Shown piece after piece: positions 9,220-19,157 of a stretch of DNA of 64,000 nt (positions within the stretch are counted from its first letter, which is position 1; each line of letters begins with the position of its first letter). The position numbers were made by a program, and so were the translations under genes. The stretch is from Nitrososphaerota archaeon (GTDB taxonomy: Archaea > Thermoproteota > Nitrososphaeria_A > Caldarchaeales > JAVZCJ01), in NCBI GenBank assembly GCA_038874475.1, contig JAVZCJ010000003.1, forward strand, positions 59,463-123,462, in the 5' to 3' direction. Under the pieces are notes generated by a model, which saw nothing but the letters and a program-made list of their open reading frames with translations, searched no databases and had not been told where the DNA came from.

Positions 9220-9918
9220 ATGCCTAAGGAAGGATATACTTTAGCTAGATTAAATAAAATGGGAGAAACCTTCGAAATCTTAGTCGATCCTGAAAAATCT
9301 TTAAAAGCTAAACTTGGAGAAAAAATAAGTATAAATAAAATACTTTTATATGATGAAATATATAAGGATGCAAAAAAAGGTATTAGAGCATCTGAAGCTT
9401 CATTAAAAAAAGCTTTTAATACTACTGATCCATTAAAAATAGCTGAAATAATATTAAATGAAGGGGAATTACAAATAACAGCTGATCAAAGAAAAAAATT
9501 AATAGAAGAGAAAAAGAAACAAATAATCGATTTTATTTCTAAAAATAGCGTAGACCCAAGAACAAATCTTCCTCATCCACCTACTAGAATTGAAAATGCA
9601 TTAAAAGAAATAGGGGTATCTATAGATCCATTTATAGATGCAAAAGAACAAGCTACAGCTATAATTGAAAAACTTAGAACAATATTACCAATAAAAGTTG
9701 GTTTAACAAAATTAGCTATTAGGCTTCCTGGAGATATAGTTGGAAAAGCTTATGGAACAATAAGAAATTATGGAAAAATAATTCAAGAAGAATGGCAAAA
9801 AGATGGTTCATGGATTTGCTTAGTTGAAATTACTGCTGGTTTACATATAGAATTAATAGAAAAATTAAATTCTTTAAGTTCTGGAAGAGTTGAAACAAAG
9901 ATTATTGAAAAGAAGTGA
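9220..9918 (+). CDS. SBDS-family ribosome maturation protein
   Basis: ARLNKMGETFEILVDPEKSLK...DPRTNLPHPPTRIENALKE is typical of archaeal SBDS. It is the first gene of the exosome superoperon. Confidence 0.9.
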   Translation: MPKEGYTLARLNKMGETFEILVDPEKSLKAKLGEKISINKILLYDEIYKDAKKGIRASEASLKKAFNTTDPLKIAEIILNEGELQITADQRKKLIEEKKKQIIDFISKNSVDPRTNLPHPPTRIENALKEIGVSIDPFIDAKEQATAIIEKLRTILPIKVGLTKLAIRLPGDIVGKAYGTIRNYGKIIQEEWQKDGSWICLVEITAGLHIELIEKLNSLSSGRVETKIIEKK

Positions 9919-10592
9919 AGAAAATTATGTGTCCATTATTTTTTAATGAAAAAGAAATTGTATTACCTGGCCAATTATTAGCTGAAGGTAAATTCATGAA
10001 TGGAGAAGGAACATATATGATAGGAGATAAAATATATTCTTCTCAAATAGGATTTGCAAAATATAAAGAGGGGGAAATTTCCGTAATACCTTTAAAAGGC
10101 CCATACATTCCTAAAAAGGATGACATAGTGATAGGAATAATTATCGATATTAAGCCTAATGCAATAGACATTGATTTAGGAAGTGGATTCAGAGCTGTAT
10201 TAAAAGTTTCAAAAAATTTAGAAATAAGAAATTTAAATATTGGAGATGTAATAATTGGTAAAATAATGTATAGTGGTTTAAAGGGAATAATTTTGAATCA
10301 TGAAGAAGGATTTAAAAAAATAGATAAAGGATTAATTATTAAAATAACACCTACAAAAATCCCAAGAATAATAGGTAGGAAAGGATCCATGATAAATTTA
10401 TTAAAAAAGGAAACTGAATGTGAAATATTTATAGGAAGAAATGGATTAATAGTTATAAATGGTCCATCTCCAAATAATGAATTTGCAGTTGCTTCAGCCA
10501 TACGTATGATAGAAAAAGAAGCGCATACAACAGGGCTTACAGATAGAATAAGCAATTTGCTTAAAAAATGGAGTGAAAAATATGGGAAATAA
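9915..10592 (+). CDS. rrp4: exosome complex RNA-binding protein Rrp4 (S1 + KH)
   Basis: Has an N-terminal IVLPGQLL, an S1-like core and a KH motif [11 protein letters not shown]. The GTG at 9915 overlaps the SBDS stop. An alternative ATG lies at 9927. Confidence 0.9.
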   Translation: MKKIMCPLFFNEKEIVLPGQLLAEGKFMNGEGTYMIGDKIYSSQIGFAKYKEGEISVIPLKGPYIPKKDDIVIGIIIDIKPNAIDIDLGSGFRAVLKVSKNLEIRNLNIGDVIIGKIMYSGLKGIILNHEEGFKKIDKGLIIKITPTKIPRIIGRKGSMINLLKKETECEIFIGRNGLIVINGPSPNNEFAVASAIRMIEKEAHTTGLTDRISNLLKKWSEKYGK

Positions 10593-11316
10593 AGAAATAA
10601 AATTAATAAATGAAGATGGAAAAAGAATAGATGGAAGATTATTTAACGAATTAAGACCGATAAAAATGGAAGTTGGCGTGCTTGAAAAAAGCGACGGGTC
10701 TGCATATATTGAACAGGGTAAAACAAAAATTTTTGCAGCAGTTTTTGGACCAAAAGAATTGCATCCAAAACATTTAGCATTACCAGATAGAGCTGTTATA
10801 AATTGTAGATATCACATGGCTTCATTCTCAGTTGAAGAGAGAAAGCAACTTGGAATGACTAGAAGAGAAATAGAATTATCAAAAATTATAAGACATGCAT
10901 TAGAAACAGTAGTCTTTTTAGAAAAATTTCCAAGAGCAGGAATAGATGTATTCATAGAAGTTATACAAGCTGATGGAGGAACAAGAGTTGCAGGATTAAA
11001 TGCTGCTTCATTAGCATTAGCAGATGCAGGAATATATATGCGCGATTTAGTAGTTGGTTGTGCTGTTGGAAAAGTAGAAGGAAAAATTGTTCTAGATTTA
11101 TGTGACATTGAAGATAAAAATGGTGAAGCAGATATGCCTATTGCTTTTTCTCCAAGATTAGATTCAATACTTTTGCTTCAATTGAATGGAAAATTATCTA
11201 TAGAAGAATTTTATGAAGCAATCAAATTAGCTAAAGAAGGATGCATGAAGATATATGAATTAATGAAAGAAACATTAAAGAAGAAATACAGTTATGTAAT
11301 AATGGAGGAAGAATGA
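10582..11316 (+). CDS. rrp41: exosome complex exonuclease Rrp41 (RNase PH-like)
   Basis: [41 protein letters not shown] and ...[22 protein letters not shown] fit an RNase PH domain. Start is the ATG at 10582, or the GTG at 10573. Confidence 0.93.
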   Translation: MGNKEIKLINEDGKRIDGRLFNELRPIKMEVGVLEKSDGSAYIEQGKTKIFAAVFGPKELHPKHLALPDRAVINCRYHMASFSVEERKQLGMTRREIELSKIIRHALETVVFLEKFPRAGIDVFIEVIQADGGTRVAGLNAASLALADAGIYMRDLVVGCAVGKVEGKIVLDLCDIEDKNGEADMPIAFSPRLDSILLLQLNGKLSIEEFYEAIKLAKEGCMKIYELMKETLKKKYSYVIMEEE

Positions 11317-12147
11317 ATGTCTGAATATTTTATTGGAAAAACATACTCTTTTTCAATAAAAATACTACATGAAAAAATATATGAATTGCTTTCAATGGAT
11401 AAAAGGTTAGATGAAAGAGATGCTTTAAGCTTTAGGGAAATAGATATTAAAACAAAATTAATAGAAAAAGCAGATGGTTCTGCTATTGTTTCACTTGGAA
11501 AAACAAAAGTTATTGCTGGAATAAAACATGAAATTGAAAAACCTTTTCCAGATAGGCCAAATGAAGGAGTTTTTGTTGTTAATGCTGAATTGCTTCCACT
11601 TGCTTCAAAAAGTTTCGAGCCTGGACCCCCTGATGAAAGAGGGGTAGAACTTGCAAGAATTGTTGATAGATGCATAAGAGAATCAAAAGCTATAGACCTT
11701 CAAAAACTATGTTTAATAGAAGGAGAAAGCGTATATTCATTATTTATAGATTTATACATTTTAGATTATGATGGAAATTATTTTGATCCTTCAGTATTAG
11801 CTGCAGTTGCAGCTCTTTCAGTAACCGATATTCCAATATACAAAGTAGAGAATGGCAAGATTATTAAAACAGAAGAGCGTATGAAAATTCCTATGAAAGA
11901 TTTTCCAGTATCTGTCACTTTAGGAATAATAAAAGATAAAATATTAGTAGATCCAATTCTTTTAGAAGAAGATTCTTTAGATGCTATTTTAACAATAGGT
12001 TTTGATTCAAATTCAAATCTAGTTGCTATTCAAAAAAGTAGTTTGGGAATGATACCTGAAGATTTGATTGAGAAAATAATCCTTATAGCTAAGGAAAAAG
12101 CAGATTTTCTAAGAAAAAAATTGATGGAGAGTATTAAAAATGGTTAA
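11317..12147 (+). CDS. rrp42: exosome complex protein Rrp42
   Basis: RLDERDALSFREIDIKTKLIEKADGSAIVSLGKTKVIAG is RNase PH-like and lacks the catalytic motifs. It starts immediately after the rrp41 stop. Confidence 0.9.
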   Translation: MSEYFIGKTYSFSIKILHEKIYELLSMDKRLDERDALSFREIDIKTKLIEKADGSAIVSLGKTKVIAGIKHEIEKPFPDRPNEGVFVVNAELLPLASKSFEPGPPDERGVELARIVDRCIRESKAIDLQKLCLIEGESVYSLFIDLYILDYDGNYFDPSVLAAVAALSVTDIPIYKVENGKIIKTEERMKIPMKDFPVSVTLGIIKDKILVDPILLEEDSLDAILTIGFDSNSNLVAIQKSSLGMIPEDLIEKIILIAKEKADFLRKKLMESIKNG

Positions 12148-12379
12148 GAAAAGAACTGAAAAAACTGGACCAATAGCTAGATATGGAGCAAGATATGGTG
12201 CAACTTTACGTAAAAGATACCTCCAAATAGAGAAAAGTATTAGGGCTTCTTATCCATGTCCTAAATGCGGAGCTATAAAAGTTAAAAGAGTTAGTATTGG
12301 AATATGGAAATGTAAAAAATGTAATTATACTTTTGCAGGAGGAGCTTATACTCCACAAATAGCAATTAAAGAAGAATAA
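12140..12379 (+). CDS. rpl37ae: 50S ribosomal protein L37Ae (eL43)
   Basis: GPIARYGARYGATLRKR...CPKCG...WKCKKCNYTFAGGAYTP zinc ribbon. Confidence 0.93.
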   Translation: MVKKRTEKTGPIARYGARYGATLRKRYLQIEKSIRASYPCPKCGAIKVKRVSIGIWKCKKCNYTFAGGAYTPQIAIKEE

Positions 12380-12426
12380 TTTTCTAAAATATTTAAAAAT
12401 ATAAATTTAATTTTTATTTAAGAAAA

Positions 12427-12684
12427 ATGATAGAAAAAGCGAAAGCTAAAATTATTTTTAATATTTCAGAAAAAGATGCTTCAATTATTCTAAAATCTTT
12501 ATTACCTGAAATAAAAAATCCTGCTACAAATAGGTCAAAGATAGATTTATTAATTAGAGATGGAAAACTTTTGATGAATGTAGAGGCAAAAGACATGACT
12601 GCATTAAGAGCAGCATTAAATTCTTATGTTAGATGGATAAATATGATAATAGAAACTTTAGGAGTGATCGAGGAAAATGAGTGA
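12427..12684 (+). CDS. pcc1: KEOPS complex subunit Pcc1
   Basis: 85 aa. AKDMTALRAALNSYVRWINMIIETLGV closely resembles the C-terminal helix of archaeal Pcc1 (A.D..ALR...NSYLRWI). Confidence 0.75.
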   Translation: MIEKAKAKIIFNISEKDASIILKSLLPEIKNPATNRSKIDLLIRDGKLLMNVEAKDMTALRAALNSYVRWINMIIETLGVIEENE

Positions 12685-13045
12685 AGAAGAAAAAATACCT
12701 CCGCATATTAGACAACAAATATTAAGATTGCAACAATTACAGCAAACACTTGAAATAGTAGTATCTGAAAGACAAAGAATAGAAGCTGAATTAGTAGAAA
12801 TAAATAATGCAATAGAAGAACTTGGCAAAACAACAGAAGATTCTATTGTATATAAACTTGTTGGAAGAATAATGATTAAATCAAATAAAGAAAATTTAAA
12901 AAATGAATTAATGGAAAAGAAAGAAATAATGGAAACAAGGTCTAAAGTTCTTGAAAAACAAGAAGAAAGAACAAGAGCTCAATTAACAACTCTTCAAAAG
13001 GATTTACAAAAATCTTTATCAGAAGCAGGAATATCTACATCATAA
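12677..13045 (+). CDS. pfdB: prefoldin subunit beta
   Basis: 122-aa coiled coil - beta hairpin - coiled coil (QQILRLQQLQQTLE...YKLVGRIMIKSNKE...LQKDLQ). Confidence 0.85.
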   Translation: MSEEEKIPPHIRQQILRLQQLQQTLEIVVSERQRIEAELVEINNAIEELGKTTEDSIVYKLVGRIMIKSNKENLKNELMEKKEIMETRSKVLEKQEERTRAQLTTLQKDLQKSLSEAGISTS

Positions 13046-13050
13046 AATTT

Positions 13051-14052
13051 ATGTACGAATTATTTAAAAAACTTGATAATACTTTTAAGAAAATAAATAA
13101 AAATAAAATAGCTATTATAAATCATATTCATGGAGATCCAGATTCGATAGGAGCGTCATTTGTATTAAAAAATATTCTTGAAAAATTTTATAAAAACAAT
13201 AATTCAATAATAATTATTCCAGAAAATGCGAGTACAAATTCTATTAAATTGCTTGAATATTTTAATATTGAATATTTTAAAGATTTTGAAGAAAATATAA
13301 AAAATTATATTTTAATAGATGTAGGCTCTATTGCCCAAATCTCAAATCTCTATGAAAAAATTTTAAATAAAAAAGAGAATATAATAATAATTGACCATCA
13401 CGTATTTAATAAAGAGAATTATCCATTCGAAGCATTATTCATAATAAATGAAAAAACTTCATCTGCATCAGAAATAATATTAGATTTTTCAAATTATATT
13501 TCATATAATTTAAATAAATTGGAAGCTGAAGCTTTATTTGCTGGAATATATTTTGATACTGCTAGATTTTCGATTGCTTCTAAAGAAACATTTATGAAAT
13601 GTTGCAAATTAATAAAAATAGGAATAGAACCTAAAGAAATAATTTCGAAGCTTGAAGCCCCAATGGAATATTCTGAAAAAATTGCTAGATTAAAAGCTGG
13701 ACAAAGAGCTAAAATATATAAAATTAATGAATGGATTATAGCAATTTCTCATGTAAGTGCATTTCAATCTTCTGCTGCAAAATCTTTATTACAAACAGGA
13801 GCAGATATAGCAATCGTAGCAGGTAAAGAAAAAGATTCCATCATAGTTTCATTGAAATCTAAACAAGATTTCTATGAAAAAACAAAATTAGACCTTGTTA
13901 AAGACATTTCTATAAAAATTGCTAAAGAATTTTCTGGATATGCAGGAGGTCATTCTACTGCTGCTGGAATAAAATGCTTAGGAGAAGTAAATAATGTTTT
14001 AGAAAGGATAATTAAGGAGATGAAAAATAAATTGGAGAAAAGTATTGAGTGA
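13051..14052 (+). CDS. DHH/DHHA1 family phosphoesterase
   Basis: Motifs HGDPDSIGAS, IIIDHH and GGHSTAAG. Confidence 0.8.
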   Translation: MYELFKKLDNTFKKINKNKIAIINHIHGDPDSIGASFVLKNILEKFYKNNNSIIIIPENASTNSIKLLEYFNIEYFKDFEENIKNYILIDVGSIAQISNLYEKILNKKENIIIIDHHVFNKENYPFEALFIINEKTSSASEIILDFSNYISYNLNKLEAEALFAGIYFDTARFSIASKETFMKCCKLIKIGIEPKEIISKLEAPMEYSEKIARLKAGQRAKIYKINEWIIAISHVSAFQSSAAKSLLQTGADIAIVAGKEKDSIIVSLKSKQDFYEKTKLDLVKDISIKIAKEFSGYAGGHSTAAGIKCLGEVNNVLERIIKEMKNKLEKSIE

Positions 14053-14912
14053 GGAAAATGCATATAATAGAAATAGAGAATCTAAGTTTCAGATATACTA
14101 CATCCGATAGAAAAATTCTAGATAATATAAATATGGTAGTAAATGAAGGGGAATTTATTTTACTTATTGGCCCAAGTGGATGTGGAAAAACAACTTTATG
14201 TAAATGCTTAAATGGATTAATACCACATTTTCATCAAGGAATAATGGAAGGAAAAGTTATAGTAAATAATTATAATGTAGCTGAAACCCCTCCATATATT
14301 TTAGCTGGTTCTATTGGAATGGTTTTTCAAAATCCTGAAAATCAATTATTTTCATTAAGTGTAGAAAATGATATAGCATTTGCTTTAGAAAATTTAGGAT
14401 ATCCAAGAGATGGAATAAAAGAAAGAGTAGATTTTGCTTTAAAAGCTGTTGGAATAGAAGATTTAAGAAATAGGTCACCTTTTGAATTATCAGGAGGGCA
14501 GCAACAAAAAGTTGCTATTGCATCAATATTAGCTATGAGACCAAAAATAATGGTTTTGGATGAACCAACTTCTTTCCTAGATCCCTTATCAGCTAAGAAT
14601 ATAATAGATTTAATATCTGAATTAAGGAATAAACTAAATATAACGATTATACTTGTTGAACATAGGCTAGACCTTGCTGCAAGAAATGCTACAAGAATAA
14701 TTTTAATGGATAATGGAAAAATAGTTTTAGATGATGAGCCTAGAAAAATTTTTTCAAGAATTGAAACAGAAGTACTTGGAGTAGCAACACCTAAAATAAT
14801 TAGAATTGCAAAATCTATAAATAAAAAATATCAAATATTTAATGAATTGCCTTTAACTATTGAAGAATTCTCAAGCATTCTTAGGAGGAATTTTATTGAT
14901 AGAAGTAAATAA
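14049..14912 (+). CDS. ecfA: energy-coupling factor (ECF) transporter ATPase
   Basis: Walker A GPSGCGKTT, signature LSGGQQQKV and Walker B MVLDEPTS. Start is GTG 14049 or ATG 14058. Confidence 0.88.
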   Translation: MRKMHIIEIENLSFRYTTSDRKILDNINMVVNEGEFILLIGPSGCGKTTLCKCLNGLIPHFHQGIMEGKVIVNNYNVAETPPYILAGSIGMVFQNPENQLFSLSVENDIAFALENLGYPRDGIKERVDFALKAVGIEDLRNRSPFELSGGQQQKVAIASILAMRPKIMVLDEPTSFLDPLSAKNIIDLISELRNKLNITIILVEHRLDLAARNATRIILMDNGKIVLDDEPRKIFSRIETEVLGVATPKIIRIAKSINKKYQIFNELPLTIEEFSSILRRNFIDRSK

Positions 14913-15714
14913 TATAGAATATATTTATCCATCAGGAATTAAAGCTTTAGATGGAATTAATTTAAAAATTCAAAATGGAGAATATGTAGCATTAATGGGA
15001 GAAAATGGAGCAGGAAAAACAACATTAATAAAACATTTTAATGGATTACTTAAACCAACTAAAGGAGATGTTTATATAAATGGCATTAATACAAAGAATG
15101 AATCTATTGCTAAACTTTCAAGAATGGTTGGAATAGTATTCCAGAATCCAGACCATCAATTTTTCGAAGAAAATATAGAAAAGGAAGTTTCATTTGCTTT
15201 AAGAAATTTTGGATTTAAAGAAGAAGTTATAAAGAAAAGGATTGATTGGGCTTTAAATTTCATGAACTTAGAAAAGTATAGAAATCAACCCCCATTCTTA
15301 CTTAGTGGAGGGGAAAAGAAAAGATTGGCACTAGCTATAATTTTATCATGGGATCCAGAAATAATAGTTTTAGATGAACCAACAATTGGTCAAGATTATA
15401 TTCAAAAAGAAAAATTGATGCAATTAATAATTCAACTTAATACACAAGGAAAAACAGTTGTTATAGCTACTCATGATATAGAATTTGTTGCAGAATCTAA
15501 ACCACGTGTAATTTTATTATCAAAAGGGAAAATAATTGATGATGGACCAACAGAAGAAGTTTTAACAGATATTGAAAAAATAAAAAAATGCTCATTAATA
15601 CTTCCACAAGTCACACAATTAATGTACAGCCTTTCAGATTTAGGATTTCCAAGAAAAATTGTAAGCGTTGAAGATGCTGTAAAATTAATTTCAAATAAAT
15701 TGGAGGGAAAATAA
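14896..15714 (+). CDS. ecfA: energy-coupling factor (ECF) transporter ATPase, second copy
   Basis: GENGAGKTT, LSGGEKKRL, IVLDEPT. TTG at 14896 is preferred because AGGAGG lies 8 nt upstream. The track's longer ORF starts at 14860. Confidence 0.85.
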   Translation: MIEVNNIEYIYPSGIKALDGINLKIQNGEYVALMGENGAGKTTLIKHFNGLLKPTKGDVYINGINTKNESIAKLSRMVGIVFQNPDHQFFEENIEKEVSFALRNFGFKEEVIKKRIDWALNFMNLEKYRNQPPFLLSGGEKKRLALAIILSWDPEIIVLDEPTIGQDYIQKEKLMQLIIQLNTQGKTVVIATHDIEFVAESKPRVILLSKGKIIDDGPTEEVLTDIEKIKKCSLILPQVTQLMYSLSDLGFPRKIVSVEDAVKLISNKLEGK

Positions 15715-16485
15715 ATGAGTCTGTTTGAGGGATTTAAGTTTAAATCTATTAGTTCTCCAATACATGAACTTGACCCACGTGTAAAATTAGCAATGTCATT
15801 TTCAATATTTTTAATATCAATGATGTATATTGAGATACAAATTTCAATTTTATTATTAATTATTCAACTTCCAATAGCGTATATAGCTAAAATATTAAAA
15901 GAATGGATAAAATCTCTTTCAAGTTCATTATTTTTAGCAGCATTTGTTTTTTTCATGAATATTGGTGTAAGTTATTTTACTTCAGGATATATGCTTACAA
16001 TATTTGATGTGTATAATGCATTAGCATTATCTATTAGATTAATAACTCTTTTTACTGCTTTCTCAATATTTTTATTAACAACCACTCCGGATGAATTGGG
16101 ATTGGTTATGAATTCATTCCATATACCTTATGATTTTACTTTTGCTTTTATTATGGCAGTAAGATTTGTTCCAGTTTTAGTAGGAGAATTGCAAACTATT
16201 TTAGATGCACAAAAATCTCGTGGATTAGAAATTGAAAAAGGAAATTTAATTAAAAGAATAAGGAATTTAATACCTGTATTTATTCCACTTCTTGTAAATG
16301 TTTTTAGAAGAAGTATAGAACTTGCTGAAGCTCTTGAAGTAAAAGCATTTGGTGCTTCTAAGAAAAGGACTAATTTTAAAGAATTAAAAATGGATTTTAT
16401 TGATTATGCTTTATTATTTATAATTATAGTAATATCAATAATAGCTATTTATGCTAGATTTATAATAAAATCATCTATTTTTTAA
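15715..16485 (+). CDS. ecfT: ECF transporter transmembrane T component (CbiQ family)
   Basis: Starts ...SPIHELDPRVKL, is multi-pass, and follows the two ecfA genes without a gap. Confidence 0.8.
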   Translation: MSLFEGFKFKSISSPIHELDPRVKLAMSFSIFLISMMYIEIQISILLLIIQLPIAYIAKILKEWIKSLSSSLFLAAFVFFMNIGVSYFTSGYMLTIFDVYNALALSIRLITLFTAFSIFLLTTTPDELGLVMNSFHIPYDFTFAFIMAVRFVPVLVGELQTILDAQKSRGLEIEKGNLIKRIRNLIPVFIPLLVNVFRRSIELAEALEVKAFGASKKRTNFKELKMDFIDYALLFIIIVISIIAIYARFIIKSSIF

Positions 16486-16805
16486 AGTTTGATTGAAGAT
16501 GAATTTTCAAAAACTGAAGAAGATCTTTATTTAGCTACTATTGAAGTAAATACTATGGAATTAAAATCTAAAGAGAAAGGAGAAGTTAAAAAAGTTGGAA
16601 AAATAGAAGAATTGGAAGCAAAAATACCACTTTTAAGACAAAAATTGTTTCAAATCCTCGTTCCTTATTTCCAGTAAAATTGATTTACCTTCACAAGTTA
16701 TTTCATTATTTTTTAATTTAAATCTTATTAAATTATAATTTTTATAATTAAAAATTATATTAAATTTACGGCAAAATAATTCTTCAAATTTTTAACTTTT
16801 CTAAA

Positions 16806-16836
16806 AATAAATAAAAATTTTTAATTTTTATTTATT
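16806..16836. promoter_or_regulatory. perfect 14-3-14 inverted repeat upstream of the 16905 operon
   Basis: AATAAATAAAAATT-TTT-AATTTTTATTTATT. It lies ~70 nt upstream of the ATG and ~25 nt upstream of a TTTATATA box at 16859-16866. Confidence 0.3.
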
Positions 16837-16904
16837 ATAAAAAAAATTAAGCGTAAGATTTATATACTTTTTAATCAACATATATATACGGTGGAAAAGG
16901 GTTT

Positions 16905-18401
16905 ATGTCTAAACGTTCTATAGAATATTTTAAGAAAGCTGTCGATGAAACCCTTGGTGCTTTAAGTGCTGTAATTTCAGTAAATAAAGAAAAAAGAGGC
17001 GGACGATTCCATCTTGATGATTGTAAACCTTTTGTTGATGCTGTAAAGAAAATGAAACCAATTGATGGGCAATCTCCTGAGATTATTGCACTTCATAGAG
17101 AATCAGTTATTGCGCATTATGAAATATTAAAAGGATTAACCGATTATATTAGACCTGAAGATGACCCATTTGTTGAGCATTATCAAACTCCTCCAATTCT
17201 TGAGATCTTATACGATGAAGACCCAAAATTTAGAGATTCTGTTGAAAAATTTGTTAAAACTATTGAAAAGAATGAAGCATTTGTTGGGCAATATGTTGCT
17301 AGATGTTATGGTGGTTTTTGGGGCCCTACATGTGTAGTTGACTTTGCTTTCGTTCCTGGTAGTACAAGTAACTTTGTTAATCAAATACTTACAAAAGTTG
17401 ATATACCTGATGCTCATAAGAAAGCAATACTAGCTTCTAAATCATGGGGTATGAACACATCATATGGTATTGGTGCTGCTTTCAGAGAAGCTGTGGAAGC
17501 TGGAAAAACATTAACTGAAGCTGTTAAGGCAGAAATTGAACAATTGAAGAAAGTATATCTTACACCTACTGAAGCTCAAGCTGAGCTAATGGATAAAGCT
17601 GGTCACACTTCCTTTGATGTTAGAAAGTATATGTCTTCTTATAAGAGTAAAATTAAGCCTGTCATAAAAAAGGCAATGGATGCTGGAGTTCATTATGGTA
17701 ATCTTGTAGTAGTTCCAGCATATTGTGTTGGTGATATCGGGCATCATATTGCACAATCTTCTTATAATATGTTTAAGGATGATGTTACATTTGCAATTGC
17801 TGAAGCATCTTTCCAAGTCCTTGAAAGCACATTAAGAAAAGCTGTTTCTGAAGGTACTTTGAAAGATGAATGGCACTTAGCCAGAGTTGCTGGAGGTACC
17901 CTTGCAGCAGCTATCGAGTACATACTTGAGATGGATGGTTTTACTGCACCGATGATTATCGACTTGCTTTATAAGAGATTCTGGAGCTATAATAATATGT
18001 ATCCAAATAGAGGTGTTGCAGCAGAGTTGCATAATGTTGACTTTATGGATACGATATTCCGTGGATGGAAAATACTTTGGGAATCATATCCGAGAGGGGG
18101 GCCTAAAACTGCTGGTGTTCCTATAGACCTTACACCAATAAGGAAGCATGAAGTTTTAATGAATCCGCAGAGATATGCTTATCCAGGATGTGCAATTACT
18201 GTTAGGACGAGTTCATTATTAAGACTTGCAGACTTTCCATGCTTCTTAACAGCAGAACCAGTAACAGCTACGCTTTCAACAAATGCCATAGCATTTAGTC
18301 CAAATACGGTATTCTCACCATTACGTGCAAGAAAGAATTGTGCGGTTACATCAATGATGCCTTCAAGATGCACGTACTGCCAATGGTACAGGGCAGTATA
18401 A
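16905..18401 (+). CDS. large conserved hypothetical protein (possibly the archaeal DUF2193 family; unverified)
   Basis: Uninterrupted 498-aa ORF with non-repetitive, globular-looking sequence and visibly higher G+C than its neighbours. The C-terminal Cys motif is CAVTSMMPSRCTYC. The family suggestion rests only on size and recollection. Confidence 0.6.
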   Translation: MSKRSIEYFKKAVDETLGALSAVISVNKEKRGGRFHLDDCKPFVDAVKKMKPIDGQSPEIIALHRESVIAHYEILKGLTDYIRPEDDPFVEHYQTPPILEILYDEDPKFRDSVEKFVKTIEKNEAFVGQYVARCYGGFWGPTCVVDFAFVPGSTSNFVNQILTKVDIPDAHKKAILASKSWGMNTSYGIGAAFREAVEAGKTLTEAVKAEIEQLKKVYLTPTEAQAELMDKAGHTSFDVRKYMSSYKSKIKPVIKKAMDAGVHYGNLVVVPAYCVGDIGHHIAQSSYNMFKDDVTFAIAEASFQVLESTLRKAVSEGTLKDEWHLARVAGGTLAAAIEYILEMDGFTAPMIIDLLYKRFWSYNNMYPNRGVAAELHNVDFMDTIFRGWKILWESYPRGGPKTAGVPIDLTPIRKHEVLMNPQRYAYPGCAITVRTSSLLRLADFPCFLTAEPVTATLSTNAIAFSPNTVFSPLRARKNCAVTSMMPSRCTYCQWYRAV

Positions 18402-18430
18402 ACTCCCCTTTCTTTTTTTTGGTGATACAT

Positions 18431-19126
18431 ATGGTTAAAAGTTGGCAAAAATATCTTGCTGAACTTATTGGAACATATGCATTAGTATTTTTTGGAACAT
18501 TATCAGTAACTATATTTGCTGTTGTTTTAGGTATAACACAACCATACTATTTTGGCCCTGGTTTATTTGCTATTGGAATTACATTTGGCTTTATCGTTAT
18601 GATCATGATATATGCTCTAGGTCACATTTCTGGAACACATATAAATCCTGCAGTTACTATAAGCCTATTAGTTATAAGGAAGATGAATGTTAAAGATGCA
18701 GTAGCATATATTATAATGCAACTTATAGGCGCAGCTTTAGCTAGTTTTACTCATGCCGCCATATTACCTCAAGGTAAGGCGGTATCTTTTGGTTTGACTC
18801 TTCCAGGAGATGCCATAGGTAAAAGTGAAATTACAGCTCTTATTGTTGAAATAATCCTTACATTCTTCCTTTTACTTACAATTATGGGTGCTGCTGTTGA
18901 TAAGAGAGCCCCTCCAGGATTTGCGGGCATAATAATAGGGGCTGTTGTAGCTTCGGATATATTTGTTGGCGGACCACTTACTGGAGGATCTATGAATCCG
19001 GCTAGAACATTCGGGCCAGCAATAGCATCAGGGAATTGGACAGCACATTGGGTTTATTGGATAGGGCCAATAGCAGGTGGATTAATAGCTGCATTAATAT
19101 ATGAATATCTATTAGCCGAAAAATAA
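18431..19126 (+). CDS. aqpM: aquaporin / MIP-family channel
   Basis: Two NPA boxes (HINPAVT, SMNPART) and six helices. ATG at 18431 is preceded by GGTGAT at 18421-18426. Confidence 0.92.
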   Translation: MVKSWQKYLAELIGTYALVFFGTLSVTIFAVVLGITQPYYFGPGLFAIGITFGFIVMIMIYALGHISGTHINPAVTISLLVIRKMNVKDAVAYIIMQLIGAALASFTHAAILPQGKAVSFGLTLPGDAIGKSEITALIVEIILTFFLLLTIMGAAVDKRAPPGFAGIIIGAVVASDIFVGGPLTGGSMNPARTFGPAIASGNWTAHWVYWIGPIAGGLIAALIYEYLLAEK

Positions 19127-19150
19127 TTTAAACATATTTTTACCTCCTTC

Positions 19151-19157
19151 TTTTTTT
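19151..19157 (+). terminator. oligo-T tract downstream of the aquaporin gene
   Basis: T7 run 25 nt after the stop codon, preceded by CCTCCTTC. Archaeal termination commonly uses such T tracts. Confidence 0.35.

Noticed and set aside
10812-11675. Antisense ORFs 10812..11108 and 11292..11675 inside rrp41/rrp42
   Set aside because: These are shadow ORFs opposite strongly supported exosome genes, with Ser/Ile-rich low-complexity translations.
14860-14895. Longer start for the second ECF ATPase
   Set aside because: It would overlap ecfA1 by 53 nt. The TTG at 14896 is preceded by AGGAGG and gives the usual MIEV..N-terminus. The choice remains uncertain.
16489-16677. 62-aa ORF after ecfT (TTG start)
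   Set aside because: It has no ATG, no hydrophobic segment (so it is not an S component) and no recognisable motif. The evidence is insufficient to call a gene.
18338-18430. Upstream extension of the aquaporin ORF (track start 18338)
   Set aside because: The extension overlaps the 3' end of the preceding gene in another frame and encodes no MIP-like sequence. The ATG at 18431 has a GGTGAT Shine-Dalgarno-like motif and gives a normal-length N-terminus.
17208-18448. Antisense ORFs 17208..17417, 17586..17816 and 18179..18448
   Set aside because: These are shadow ORFs opposite the uninterrupted 498-aa ORF.
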